Part shown: positions 1 to 12,463 of the stretch, in pieces
Layout of the letters: each line of letters starts with the position of its first letter
Numbering within the stretch: the first letter of the stretch is position 1
Assembly (NCBI GenBank): GCA_951406725.2
Contig: OX597822.1
Coordinates: 98,642,001-98,706,000 of the forward strand
Length of the DNA: 64,000 bases
Reading direction: 5' to 3'
Source: Octopus vulgaris
Lineage: Eukaryota
Notes under the pieces: generated by a model
What the model was told of the DNA's origin: nothing
Database searches by the model: none
Seen by the model: the letters and a program-made list of their open reading frames with translations, nothing else
Translations under genes and position numbers: made by a program

Positions 1-268
1 ATAACATTTTAAAAATTTACTATATTTTATTAAAACAAATATTATAAAAACATTACTGGGTTTTTCCAAAAACAAACCCAACCGATTTTAAGCATATGGG
101 CGTATATCCAGAAACTCTTTCATGTGTAGGCCCCAGTAATGTTTATTATTTTCATAACAAAAATTATTTAAGCAAAATTATCTAAGTCTGTATTTAAGCC
201 TATGAACATATTTTTGGAAAACACAGTATTTTAAACATGAAATAAAGTAAAATTAATTTTAAAAAATA

Positions 269-368
269 CAGTAGGGTTCGCTAATTAATCATCCCTAAGA
301 GAAAATTGAAAGTGACGAATTAGGTGACGTGACGAATTAGCCAAAGAGGAATTAGACTAATTCTACTG
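269..368. mobile_element. Small Tc1/mariner-pogo (Tigger-like) MITE
   Basis: TA|CAGTAGGGTTCGCTAATT ... AATTAGACTAATTCTACTG|TA: imperfect terminal inverted repeats starting CAGTAG with TA duplications. A similar right-end fragment is at ~847-873. Confidence 0.5.
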
Positions 369-1377
369 TATTAATGCTAACTAATAAATTTTACTTATGA
401 TTTGTCAGATTAATTTTTTTTAATGTGGAAGAATTGACTGAGCATATGGCTGAGATGAAATCATTTAATGACCATGCTACAGTGTTTTGCTTTTGAAATG
501 GGATTTCAGTTGAAGTGAAAAAATCTTGTGCAATATTATTTAGAAATTCATATTTTATTGCTTGTATTTGATACAGCTAAATGAAACAACTATTTTGATT
601 GTATATTTAAAACAAAAAACATGATTTAAAAAGTCTTTTTGTTTAAATTTATTTTTGACCATTTTTGTACCATGTTTTTAAGTTTTTAAGGATTTACTTG
701 TTTTTTAGATTCTCATAATAGATAAAATAATTTATCTCAAATTTACCTAATTTAATGTATTTTAAATTTTAAAATGCTACCCTCGGCTACAATATTTTAA
801 ATACAGTTGAATTTTAATTTTAAGTACTTTTTAGCTTTCTTTAGATGTGACGAATTGGGCAAATTCTGCTGTAGAAATCTTGTTCTGGACTTTTCCAGGT
901 GTAATAACTTAAGAATATTAACATGCATGCACCTGCATTTTTCGTTGTAATTCACTTTTTCCAGGCAATGCAATAAAACTTATAAATATACTTTTGTTAA
1001 AAAAAATATCTTAATTATTCGATGAATGAATTAAAATGAAAATTTTATGTTATCGTTTATTTTTAATTTTTACCAATTTTTTTCTTAAATTCTAAAACTA
1101 AGAAAAAATTATCTGGACAGGGTTTCGTTGCAATGGCTAATATAAAAATTATTTTGAAAATGCAGAAATAGACAATGCATCCGCCATAAGGCACGAGGAG
1201 CCGCGTGCCCTTTTGCTTTATCTGAACAGCATTACAAGAAACCTTCAAGTCTTTTCATTGAAAGAAGGAAACAATAACAATATTCTGTTGTATCTTGGGG
1301 AGAGTCATTCTCTTTTAGTGCCTTCTTACTTAACACACTCACCGGTAAAATTTCCACTTATTTCTTATTTTTATTTT

Positions 1378-1414
1378 CTAAAATTTTCGTTGCGTCTTGC
1401 AACCTTTTCAGTAG
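1378..1414 (-). ncRNA. Minimal type-I hammerhead ribozyme-like motif (variant core)
   Basis: Minus strand: CTA CTGAAAA G GTTGC AAGAC GCAAC GAAA AT TT TAG. Helix I CTA/TAG, 5-bp helix II, palindromic AAAATTTT helix III; core has A at position 8. Confidence 0.45.
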
Positions 1415-2359
1415 TCTTGATCCGTTATTTACACTGAGTTCCCTTTTGTTTGTTTGTGCGCATGTGTGTGGGACAGTGAGTCAGTATGTGTGTGTGCTTT
1501 ACAAACACCAAGAAGACAGTAACTCGCTTTGTAATCGTGACTGCACCAAACATTATGCGTGCGTATACTCACATTCTCGTAGATATTTGTATGCGCGAGT
1601 GTACTCCCACTATGCATCTTGCTCGAGGGCATTTATACATCCATATTTGTTAACGGTAATTTTTAATACTTTCCTCGCTGTATTGCGTGTTCGTTTCTCT
1701 TTTTTCCATCTGTTATTTTATTTTTAATCTTCCATGTAAATGAAAATATGTCGTCCGTTTGATTGCTTTTCTTTCTACAAAATGAGAAGTTACATTAATG
1801 AGTTGTGTCTATTTATCATCCAATGAGATACATCTCCACTGCCGGATACTCTTGAAGCAGTTGTTGTGTGTCCCCCCGTGAGGGATCAATGGTAGACGTG
1901 TCGATACAATTGTCGTGATTAATAATAAATTCTCGTATATTCCATCTTTCGTCTTTCATTTGCTATATACATAACGAACAGATCACCGAGGAAGAGATCG
2001 TGCTTTACCAGTAGGCTACAAGGTGTAAAACATTCGTTTTATTATCCAATATATATATATATAATATTTTATGACTTAATAGAGTTGTTTAGTTACGTAT
2101 TTAGGAAGGGTTGCAATTTACTTATGGAATTTACTTATGTACATTGGGTAAATGTGTCTGAAAAATGTGGTTTCTCTGGTTTGTTTGTTCCCAAAAAACA
2201 CTTATTTTAGTACTGCTGACACCACTACATTGAATGGTACTGCTGAGGTGTGGAAACCATAATGATATCTGTGGGACAGCTGATGATGGAGGTATGTTGG
2301 ATTGTTGGTATGGCTGTGGAATAGTATTATAACACATCCTTTATATATATATATATATC

Positions 2360-2560
2360 TGTGTGTCTGTGTTTGGCCCCCACCATCACTTGAGAACCGA
2401 TGCTGGTGTGTTTACGTCCCTGTAACATAGCGGTTCCAAAAACAGTCCGATAGAATAAGTAATAGGGTTATAAAGAACAAGTCCTGGTATCGACTTGTCC
2501 GACTAAAGGTGGTATTCCAGCATGGCCACAGTCAAATGGCTGAAACAAGTAAAAGAATAA
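2360..2560 (+). mobile_element. 3' half of CORE-type tRNA SINE (family B)
   Basis: Reverse complement of the 3' part of the copies at 4383-4814 and 27651-28100 (...ccagcatggccacagtcaaatggctgaaacaagtaaaaga). Confidence 0.75.
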
Positions 2561-2992
2561 ATGTATTAATATTTTAAAATACTTCAACTTGCTTTATTGT
2601 AATTCGAGACAAAAAGTATATATAATTTACTTGATCTTGTGCATGCGAATCAACTACAAGATCTAATGAACGCAAATTTGTTCACTTTATGTTTTCCATA
2701 ATGATTTAGTAAAACGAAATATTAATTATATAATACACAGTGAAATACGACACCGTAATTACTGCATGAGTAAATTTACAATCTACAAACGGATTGCTAA
2801 AGGAAAGATGTTTTTGATATATATAAAAAATTGTGTTTTATTAAGAACTTTTTATTCTTAAGTTGCTGGTATCCAGTTTTTTCTGTGGCAAATTATTTTA
2901 ATCGCCCATAATAATTCGTATTGTTTTCAGTCATTTTCAGTCATATATTTTGTTTAATCATATAGATTATCGATAAAATATTGAAATTGTCG

Positions 2993-3087
2993 CATGTCTA
3001 AAACATCTTGACGCTTCAAATTATGTATTGTATTCAATAAATTTGAATACAATGCATATTTTGAAGCGTCAAGATGTTTTAGACATG
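2993..3087. repeat. ~95-nt near-perfect hairpin
   Basis: catgtctaaaacatcttgacgcttcaaa...tattcaa-taaat-ttgaata...ttttgaagcgtcaagatgttttagacatg. Confidence 0.85.
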
Positions 3088-3563
3088 TAAAAGACATTCT
3101 GTTAAGATTTAAATCTTTTGATTTAGAATTTTAAAAGTGTACAGAGAGAAAGAACATTAATCATGTAAATTATAAAGTACATTTGAATAAGATGCGCATA
3201 AGGACACTTCTTAATACTTTTTTCTTTCTTTTTTCATACTACAGAAAATATTTTATCTGTAATTGTATAGATCCGGAATAGGCAGAACAAGACGGGACAC
3301 GTAGGGCAGAGAGTCACTGAAGAGGGTCAGTATACATGACAAAAGTACTTTGACAAATACACTAAAAATAACAATAATAACAAAGCAAAAGAGAATATCA
3401 AATAAATAGTGCATGAGTTTAATTGGCAAAAGATAAACATCTCGAAGTATAAATATGTTTCAATACACGAATTCTCATCAACAATCTTGCAAAACAAATT
3501 TATAAACGTATCTAGTTTTAAGTTAGTATTAATTCATTTTAGTTAATATACACAATTTTCTCA

Positions 3564-4138
3564 AGGCGGCGAGCTGGCGGGGGCCTTAACACGTCGGGCG
3601 AAAGGCTTAACGGTATTTCGTCTGCCGTTACTTTGTGAGTTCAAATTCCGCCGAGGTCGACTTTGCCTTTCATCCTTTCGGGGTCTATAAATTAAGTACC
3701 AGTTACGCACTGGGGTCGATATAATCGACTTAATCAATTTGTCTGTCCGTGTTTGTCCTCTCTGTGTTTAGCCCCTTGTGGGTAGTAAAGAAATAGGTAT
3801 TTCGTCTGCCGTTACTTTGTGAGTTCAAATTCCGCCGAGGTCGACTTTGCCTTTCATCCTTTCGAGGTCGATAAATTAAGTACCAGTTACGCACTGGGTT
3901 TGATGTAATCGACTTAATACCTATGTCTGTCCTTGTTTGTCCCCTCTATGTTTAGCCCCTTGTGGGTAGTAAAGAAATAGGTATTTCATCTGCCGTTACG
4001 TTCTGAGTTCAAATTCCGCCGAGGTCGACTTTGCCTTTCCTCCTTTCGGAGTCGATAAATTAAGTATCGGTTGCATACTGGGGTCGATCTAATCGACTAG
4101 TCTCCCCACAAAAATTTCAGGCCTTGTGCCTAGAGTAC
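3564..4138 (+). mobile_element. tRNA-derived SINE (family A), head plus three tandem 184-bp body units
   Basis: Head GGCGGCGAGCTGGC..., B-box GAGTTCAAATTCC, core CCTTTCATCCTTTCGGGGTCGATAAATTAAGTACCAG. Units restart at GGTATTTC at 3612, 3796 and 3980. Confidence 0.85.
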
Positions 4139-4382
4139 AAATGAATATATGCAATATTTTCAATACATAAAATGGCCCATATTTGTTATATGTAGAACTA
4201 TTTCTCCCGGAAATATTTATTCATATTTATATTTTTTACTTGTTTCATGTTCTGGGCTTGCAATTCATCTGAAATATGTCAATAAGATACAATATAGCTA
4301 TTACTCCCTCATGTCTATTCACTGCTCCCCCATTACACACACACATACACACACGTGCATATATATACTCGTTTACTCTTTA

Positions 4383-4589
4383 CTCTTTTACTTGTTTCAG
4401 TCATTTGACTGCGGCCATGCTGGAGCACCGCCTTTAGTCGAGCAAATCTACCCCGGGACTTATTCTTTATAAGCCCAGTACTTACTCTATCGGTCTCTTT
4501 TGCCGAACCGCTAAGTGACGGGGACGTAAACACACCAGCATCGGTTGTCAAGCAATGCTAGGGAGACAAACACAGACACACAAGCACAT

Positions 4590-4648
<59 letters not shown>

Positions 4649-4814
4649 TACGACAGGCTTCTTTCAGTTTCCGTCTACCAAATCCACTCACAAGGCATTG
4701 GTCGGCCCGGGGCTATAGCAGAAGACACTTGCCCAAGATGCCATGCAGTGGAACTGAACCCGGAACCATGTGGTTGGTTAGCAAGCTACTTACCACACAG
4801 CCACTCCTGCGCCT
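4383..4814 (-). mobile_element. CORE-type tRNA SINE (family B) with internal (CA)/(TA) microsatellite
   Basis: Minus-strand head AGGCGCAGGAGTGGCTGTGTGGTAAG...GGGTTCAGTTCC and CORE-like CTTGGGCAAGTGTCTT. Near-identical copies at 6965-7388 and 27651-28100. Confidence 0.85.
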
Positions 4815-4835
4815 ATATATATATATGCAAATATA

Positions 4836-4876
<41 letters not shown>

Positions 4877-5312
4877 ACATAATTCATTTAAACCATCTCT
4901 TTCATCAATTTCTTGCTCACACCAGACAATATAAACACCACTCTCTCCTCCATTCCATCACACCATATGCTACTACCTCAACTCTTCCACTACCCCTCTC
5001 CTACCATGATGCGCTCCTCTCACCCTCAACCAACGCAAAACATCCAGACAATTAGAAGATACAAAAGAGGGGCAAGGAAAAAACAAGGACGGATCATTCG
5101 GAGTCTTCTTTCCTCAGTCGAGTTCCAGATTGTCTTCGCAATTTCGGCTGGTTATACTCGAGATTGCTCCAATCTGGCCAGCTTCAAGGAAAAACTAAGC
5201 TAAGAGCACTAGATTCCTTGGAAGAAAGCAACGAATGTATACGAAAATATGTCGAAAAAAACCCGGAGAATTATATATATATCTATTTATTTATTTATTT
5301 ATAAATTCTTTT

Positions 5313-5535
5313 ATCCTTTTATTTGTTACAGTCATTTGACTGCGGTCTCTTTTCTCACATCGCTAAGTCACGGGGACGTAAACATACAAAAATCGATTGT
5401 CTAGCGATGATAGGAGGGCATACATAGACACAAACATATAGATACACAGACAGACACATACACATATACAAACGGCTTCTTTCAGTTTCCGGCCACCAAA
5501 TCCACTCACAAGGCTTTGGTCGGCTCGAGGCTATA
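5313..5535 (-). mobile_element. Partial family B SINE
   Basis: Shares cagtcatttgactgcgg, ctaagtcacggggacgtaaac and ttcagtttcc..caaatccactcacaagg with the full copies. Confidence 0.7.
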
Positions 5536-5693
5536 TTAGAGGTTATGGAACGAAAGAATGTACACCCACGTAGAAAAATTATAGAGGAGTTTGCTTTGGG
5601 GTCTGAAACTGCATCTGAATCTGAAAAACGTGTGGTCGTTTCTAAATATATTTATTTACGTACCATACACCAATTTTTTTATATATATATTTG

Positions 5694-5733
5694 TACCACT
5701 GATAAGCAAAGAATAGCCGAAACTATTTTGGTA
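5694..5733 (+). ncRNA. Degenerate minimal hammerhead motif
   Basis: TACCA CTGATAA GC..GCC GAAA CTAT TT TGGTA. Perfect 5-bp helix I; core G8A and helix III damaged. Confidence 0.4.
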
Positions 5734-5779
5734 TGTAAATAAATATATATATATACATATATTCACGTATACCTATATA

Positions 5780-5810
<31 letters not shown>

Positions 5811-5827
5811 GTATATATACATATATA

Positions 5828-5910
<83 letters not shown>

Positions 5911-6083
5911 TAAGAAAGTTGGTTTGTGAGAGCACGTGGGTGAATATATAAAAAATAGTAAAGAGTGAAAAAACGACAGAAGGTTTAAATGTTAAAATAT
6001 ATATATATATTTGCGTCAAAATGTCTGAAGAATATTAGAAAATTTAAAAAAAAAATTTTTCCGTTATAATGACATAATTTTTA

Positions 6084-6122
6084 AAGAAAGACCGGTTTCG
6101 CATTTAGCTTTTCAAATTTCTT
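6084..6122 (-). ncRNA. Hammerhead motif, inverted copy of 6757-6795
   Basis: Minus: AAGAAA T TTGAAAA GC TAAAT GC GAAA CCGG TC TTTCTT. Confidence 0.55.
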
Positions 6123-6148
6123 GTGACGTTATGTTTATGTTGAATGGA

Positions 6149-6625
6149 TTCTCACAAAGGCAAAATTGTCTTCTGAAATTACGGATGCAAAAGTTAAAAA
6201 ATGTGGTAGATCGAACTGTGCAACATGTCCTAACCTGCTAGAAGGATCAGAATTCCTCTTTAAAGAGGGACAGAAATTCAAGATCAAATTTAACTTTACT
6301 TGTGCCTCTGAAAACATAATTTATGTCATAAAATGCTCGGGCTGCCACCAAGACTCGCGTAGGTTCCACGGGGCTATCACTCAGACGTAGATGCACACTG
6401 CATCGACAACAGATTGCATTCCCAGAATATAGAATGATACCTTTTAGTGAGCACATTGAGAAATGCGCAAAGCAACTACCACCACAATTTTTAATCTTTC
6501 CATTTTACCAATGTGCTTTCGGATCATCAACACAAATTAGACTAAACAAGGAAACATTCTTCATTGAAAAGTACAAGCCCAGACTCAACCATCCGAACAT
6601 ACTGATACAGAGAAATTCACATTAA
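6149..6625 (+). pseudogene. PLE GIY-YIG endonuclease C-terminal fragment (Neptune-like Cys linker)
   Basis: KKCGRSNCATC...FTCASENIIYVIKCSGC, frameshift near the YIG-equivalent, then ...LRRRCTLHRQQI...RLNKETFFIEKYKPRLN. Confidence 0.8.
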
Positions 6626-6756
6626 GGGAAAGGAAAAAGATTTTTAAGCGATTATCTCCCTTACACCGGAAGAAATCACCCACTACCTTCCCTTATTTAG
6701 AACTCTCCGGAGCATAAACACAACGTTAAGTCCATTCAACATAAACATAACGTCAC

Positions 6757-6795
6757 AAGAAATTTGAAAAGCTAAAAGCGAAACCGGTCTTTCTT
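6757..6795 (+). ncRNA. Minimal type-I hammerhead ribozyme, U3:A8 core variant
   Basis: AAGAAA T TTGAAAA GCT AAA AGC GAAA CCGG TC^TTTCTT. 6-bp helix I, palindromic helix III, GUC triplet; lies in the pLTR downstream of the GIY-YIG ORF. Confidence 0.65.
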
Positions 6796-6925
6796 TAAAA
6801 ATTATGTCATTATAAGGGAAAAAATTTTTTTTTTTTAATTTTCTAATATTCTTCAGACATTTTGACGCAAATATATATATATATCTTTTAACATTTAAGC
6901 CTTCTGTCGTTTTTTCACTTTTTAC

Positions 6926-6964
<39 letters not shown>

Positions 6965-6967
<3 letters not shown>

Positions 6968-7164
6968 TTTTATTTGTTTCAGTCATTTGACTGTGGCCAT
7001 GCTGGAGCACTGCCTTTAGTCGAGCAAATCGACCCCAGGATTTATTCTTTGTAAGCCTAGTACTTATTCTATCGATCTCTTTTGCCGAACCGCTAAGTTA
7101 CGGAGACACCAGCATCGGTTGTCAAGCGATGTCGGGCGGGACAAACACAGATACACAAACATAT

Positions 7165-7237
<73 letters not shown>

Positions 7238-7385
7238 TACGACGGGCTTCTTTCAGTTTCCGTCTACCAAATCCACTCAGAAGGCATTGGTCGGACCGAG
7301 TCTATAGTAGAAGACACTTGCCCAAGGCAGAACCCGGAACCATGTGGTTCGTAAGCAAGCTACTTACCGCACAGCCACTCCTACG

Positions 7386-7388
<3 letters not shown>
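6965..7388 (-). mobile_element. Family B SINE
   Basis: Colinear with 4383-4814, with small internal deletions. Confidence 0.85.
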
Positions 7389-7420
<32 letters not shown>

Positions 7421-7423
<3 letters not shown>

Positions 7424-7955
7424 CGTGACCGTGACCGACCAGGCTATAAGATGTTGCTACACATCGCTGGTCACAATGCGCTTCGCATTGCTTTAACCTT
7501 CAAATGACGCCACTCGCTGGCTAAGCGAGCAGGCTAACAGAAAAAAGAGTGAGAGAAAGTTGTGGCGAAAGAGTACATCAGGGATCACCATCACCCGTTG
7601 CCGGGGCTTCGTGGTTCTTTAGGTTTTTTCGCTCAATAAACACTTACAACGGCAACACCCGGTCTGGGAATCGAAACCTCGATCCTACAACCTATTTCTT
7701 TACTACCCACAAGGGGATAAACACAGAGGGGACAAAAAAGGACAAACAAAGGGATTAAATCGATTATATCGACCCCAGTGCGTAACTGGTACTTAATTTA
7801 TCGACCCCGAAAGGATGAAAGGCAAAGTCGACCTCGGCGGAATTTGAACTCAGAACGTAGCGGCAGACGAAATACCGCTAAGCATTTCACCCGGCATGCT
7901 AACGTTTCTGCCAGCTCGCCACGATCCTACAACCGCGAGTCCGCTGCCCTAACAA
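7421..7955 (-). mobile_element. tRNA SINE (family C) interrupted by a family A SINE
   Basis: Reverse complement of 50369-50679; the head part resumes at 7922 after the insertion. Confidence 0.8.
7693..7921 (-). mobile_element. Family A SINE with 13-bp TSD
   Basis: Flanked by CGATCCTACAACC at 7680-7692 and 7922-7934. Confidence 0.88.
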
Positions 7956-8019
7956 CCACGAGTTCGCAGCCCTCTCGGTCGCGAATGACCATGGGACTGC
8001 ATCTAGAAGGTTCTCCTCC

Positions 8020-8265
8020 GAAGCACAACCTGAGCATGGTTGTGTGTGGGAGATCAGCTGTCACCAATGAAGAAGACCCATCCTTCTCCACGTCACCAAT
8101 CTTATTCAACGGAAAGTTAAAGGTCGATACATCGTAAAATTGCTGACGCTTCAACTCATTTCTACAGTTGAGTGAAATGGAGCAACGTGAAGTAAACTGT
8201 CTTGCTCAAGAACACAAGACACAGGACCGGTCCGGAATAGAATTGTCAACCTCATGTTGCCATAG
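8020..8265 (-). mobile_element. Diverged CORE-like SINE
   Basis: Minus strand gtgttcttgagcaagacag..ttcacgttgctcca..cactcaactg matches the head region of 62665-62971. Confidence 0.55.
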
Positions 8266-8274
8266 AGCCATATG

Positions 8275-8437
8275 TTTGTATGTATGTATGTATGTATGTA
8301 TGTATGTATGTATGTATGTATGTATGTATGTATGCATGTATGTATGTATGTATGTATGTATGTATGTATGTATGTATGTATGTATGTATGCATGTTTGTA
8401 TGTATACATGTGTGTATGTATATGGGCATGTAAATGC

Positions 8438-8469
<32 letters not shown>

Positions 8470-8470
8470 A
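8275..8470. repeat. (TATG)n/(TA)n microsatellite
   Basis: Direct reading. Confidence 0.95.
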
Positions 8471-9611
8471 CATATATTCACATTTATGTAAATATAATAT
8501 ATATATATACACATACACACACTCGGAGCAGCGTTAGCTTGACATAATGATGCATGTAACATTTATAATTTACATAGAAACATCGCTTGTGTATGTGTGT
8601 GTGTATGCGTGTGTGTGTGTTCGTGTGTGTGTGAATGCGTATTACTTCTGACTAGAAATTAATAAAGAAAAAGAGAGAGAGAGAGAAAGAAAGTTTAAGA
8701 GAGAGAGAAAGTAAGCGATATTTATCGCTGCTCTGTATCGCTATAACTCGGAATTTCATTTACATAATTTGTGTGCGATAAGGTTCTATACCAATAAAAG
8801 AATCTTTTGAAGATATATTCAAAATGTAGACTGAAGTTTGATTTTTTTTCCTAAACCACGAGACCGAAAATATAATAGAAGACAAAAATTTATAACTAGA
8901 CTCGTAAAATCAATTCATCTAACCTGGTGTGTATCACTCCAAGGCAATCGATAGACCTAAAGATAGTGGATTACAATCTTTATTTGATTAAAAGATAGTG
9001 ACTATTTAGATCGTCATCACCAGTGTGAACCATTCCACAGTTACAGTTCTCACATTTTTAAATAACTTGCAGCATTAAACAAGAAACATCGCTCAAGGGA
9101 GCACAGATAAAAATTCCAGGATAGCGGGCGGAAACATACACTACAGATTGAATAACAACGCCTGGCGTACCACGCATAAAATCAGTTTTCAATATAGAAG
9201 AAAAGGCTGAAATAATGATTTCAAATCAAATAAAAATCCTTAGGCCAAGCAAGTTCTATAGAAAGATTCCTTAATATACACCAGTTTAGATTAATCACAA
9301 ATAGTAATCTAGTCAGTAATATTTGTCTTATATCATACTTTCGGTTTGAAGGCTTACTAAAAGTATTACTCTTCAGGCTACATTTTGGCCACATCTTCAA
9401 CGATTCTTTCATTGTTGCAGGATGTTATCGCACACATAAATTACATGCAGGCAATTCTGAATGATAGCCATAGAGTGCATCGTAAAATATCACACACCCT
9501 TTGATGGTTTTTGAACTCAGCATGTAAAGATGAAGAGGATATGCCACTCAGCATGCGATGAAGTTTCTACCAGCTCATTACGTAATAAGAAGTTAAGATA
9601 TTTGCTTGTAC

Positions 9612-9812
9612 TATAGGTACAAGGCCTAGAATTTTGGCAGAGGGGGCTAGTCGATTACATCGACCCCCAGTAGTTGAATGTTATTTATTTCATCGGTCTT
9701 GAAAGAAGGAAAAACAATGTCGACCTCGACGGAATTTGATCTCAGAATGTAAAGACTCAGAAAATATGCTGCTAAATATTTTGTTCGACTTGCTAACAAT
9801 CCTACCGGCTAA
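9612..9812 (-). mobile_element. Diverged family A SINE
   Basis: tcgattacatcgaccccc...gtcgacctcgacggaatttgatctcagaatgta. Confidence 0.65.
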
Positions 9813-10117
9813 GCCCCATTGAAATAATTTTTTAAAAAACGGAAACGTTTATATGCGTTTCACGGAAAAGGGTAGGTAATGTAAATGAGTCTGATTAAAT
9901 AAATGGTAAAAGAAACTATAAAAGTACGAAGACAACACGTAAATTCACACGCTTATGTACACAACTGTCTATGTACCTATCTATTTACCTACATATTTAG
10001 CTACACACACACGCACACACACATGTATATACACTTCTACATATACATACACACACACATACATACATGCATACATACATAAACACACTCATTTTTCAAA
10101 CACACACATATATATTG

Positions 10118-10150
<33 letters not shown>

Positions 10151-11080
10151 ACGTATTATACGCGCACACACAGAGGTGTGTGTATATATATATGTGTGTT
10201 TGTGCGTGTGTGCGTGTGTGTGTGTGTGTGCTCATACGCCATGTATATAACATATTTACATACATACATGCACTTGCATACATATCTATAAGTTTCTCCC
10301 ACCATTTAACACGTGAATATTTGATTAGTTCTCATTTAACAGTTTTTTCCAAACCCTCGATTGATGTAACATTCTTCTTAACAATGATATATCCTTCTAT
10401 CTCACTAACGCTCTCTTTAATGTTCCCTTTCATTCATGCGTTTTTCTACCACTGTTTCCATCTCAATCTTTCTAAAATCGCTCATATATTATTTCGCTTC
10501 GCTTCTTAACAGAGAATTCCCTATTCGCCGTCAACATTTTGCGCCTTCCTCAATCATCACCCCATCATATCTGCTCGTTCATCAGTTGTATCTGCCTATT
10601 ATTTGTGAAAGCCTGTGACCAACTAGTTAAGTCTTGTAAAGATAGCGAGGTTAAATGTTCGAGTTCAATTCTACTTCGTTGCCCTGAGCAAGCCACGTCA
10701 TTTTTTATCGCTTCAATCTACTCAGTGAGAAAATGAATACCAGTGACATTTTGGGATAAAAACTGTGATGGACTGGCATCCCGCCCAGGTGCACAACTTC
10801 AGCTCTTCGTTAATTAAATGCCACTGGATCTAGATAATCTGAGGCCTTATAAACACGTTGAGAAAGAATACATACATAAACACACAAGAGCGCGCATGTA
10901 TGTATACATATATATATGTCGCGTTTCTCTATTTGTTTCATTCGTTGTTCGAAAAAAAGTTCGTTTTCCATGTTTTTGTTTTTTCATGTAATCGTTTTTC
11001 ATGTTGTCCACGTTTTGTTAACTTTATGCACCCGTATATGCATGTGTATATACATATATATGTAGATATGTACATTTATG

Positions 11081-11152
<72 letters not shown>

Positions 11153-11214
11153 TAGAAGAAATGAGGTACTCAGAAAATCGGATGGTTTATATTTACAGAT
11201 ATTTATTTGTATAT

Positions 11215-11267
<53 letters not shown>

Positions 11268-11419
11268 TAAATTATTTATATTATTATATGATCGAACGCC
11301 ACGTATCCATTTCCAAGTACGTTTTATCTTAATAATTCCTATGCGACACTTATATCACTATCTCTATTCTCTCTCCCTGTCTTCATCATCATCATCATCA
11401 TCATCATCAGTGATGATGC

Positions 11420-12463
11420 AGTTTTCGTTATCTAGGAGTAGGTCATCCCTACAAAGACCTCCTTCTAAGTTAAGATGTTCTAACCCAAGTTCAGATAATA
11501 GGTATATTCCTGCTAAATATGTTATTTGTGCCGAGTCTGGGGCACCCATGTGTATATCGAAGCAATCCCGTGTCCTTCCTAACCCATTGTTTTTTTTTAT
11601 GTCTAATTAGGGATTTCCTTCCCATCAGTACTACATTAACTTCATCATATGTCATATTAACCTTTCTCATAGCACATATAAGGGCCTTATTCAGAATAAT
11701 CTCGTTAATAGATGAATAGTAATTTTCTATATCTATTTGGATAAATTTACACCTATTTTTATCTTTACTATTGTTAAACCAATTTAAAGTATCTCGGGAA
11801 CAACTCCATAGTTTAAGGTCATTTACTGTATTAATTTTATCGATATATTTATCTAATATAAGTTTACTTAATTTTCCTATATCAGATTTACAAGGGCATA
11901 TCAGTCTTACTTGAGGGTTAGAATAAAAATTGTTTTTATGGTCTTTAATGGTTATTCTAGGGTACATAAGAATATATGGTTCAGTTCTATTTTCTAAATC
12001 ATATTTCGTCATGATTTTTTTAGATATGATGTTAATCTTATTTAATTCACTAACAATTTTATACTTTTTCGCTATTTCTTTTTCTACAGGTTTATCATAT
12101 AGTTGTGTATCTACTCTATATAGGTTCCTTGTTTTATCCGATTTGACTAGTATTCTGTCCATGTTCTTCAATTTATTTATTATATTAGCTACGTTTCTTA
12201 GGTGCTTGTTATATCTATTCGGGTATTTGTTAAATTTTGGGTTTCTTCTTAGATCTAAAATTGTTTCTAAAGTAATATTCATCTACTAAATTCTTAGTAT
12301 TATAATTATTGTTATCATGGAAGTATGCCTTCCATTTCATTCTATTTAAAAAATTCTTAATTTGATCTATTAAATTTATTGTGCATTCTCTCTTACTGGG
12401 AATAGATAAATCCTTCAATGATGAGTTCCAGTCTATTGGATCAATCCTACCTGATAGGTCCAT
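11420..12463 (-). pseudogene. Penelope-like reverse transcriptase (N-terminus to motif C), frameshifted and 3'-truncated; possibly Naiad-like
   Basis: SIPSK...KNFLNRMKWKAYF; VKSDKTRNLY; KDHKNNFYSNPQVRLICPCKSDIGKLSK; FIQIDIENYYSSI (motif A); [18 protein letters not shown] (B); GLCRDDLL (YRDD-type C). Spread over three frames; ends at a (TCA)n repeat. Confidence 0.85.

Larger units (their letters stand above)
5944..6935 (+). mobile_element. 5'-truncated Penelope-like element with inverted pLTR copy
   Basis: ~205-bp inverted arms (5944-6148 and 6731-6935) flank a GIY-YIG fragment; (TA)n on both sides. Confidence 0.85.

Noticed and set aside
1188-1212. GGCACG-N8-CGTGCC hairpin as a Helitron 3' end or terminator
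   Set aside because: No correctly spaced CTRR end identified, and bacterial terminators are irrelevant in this context.
3612-4138. CRISPR-like repeat array
   Set aside because: The units are 184-bp SINE bodies without unique spacers; eukaryotic context and no cas genes.
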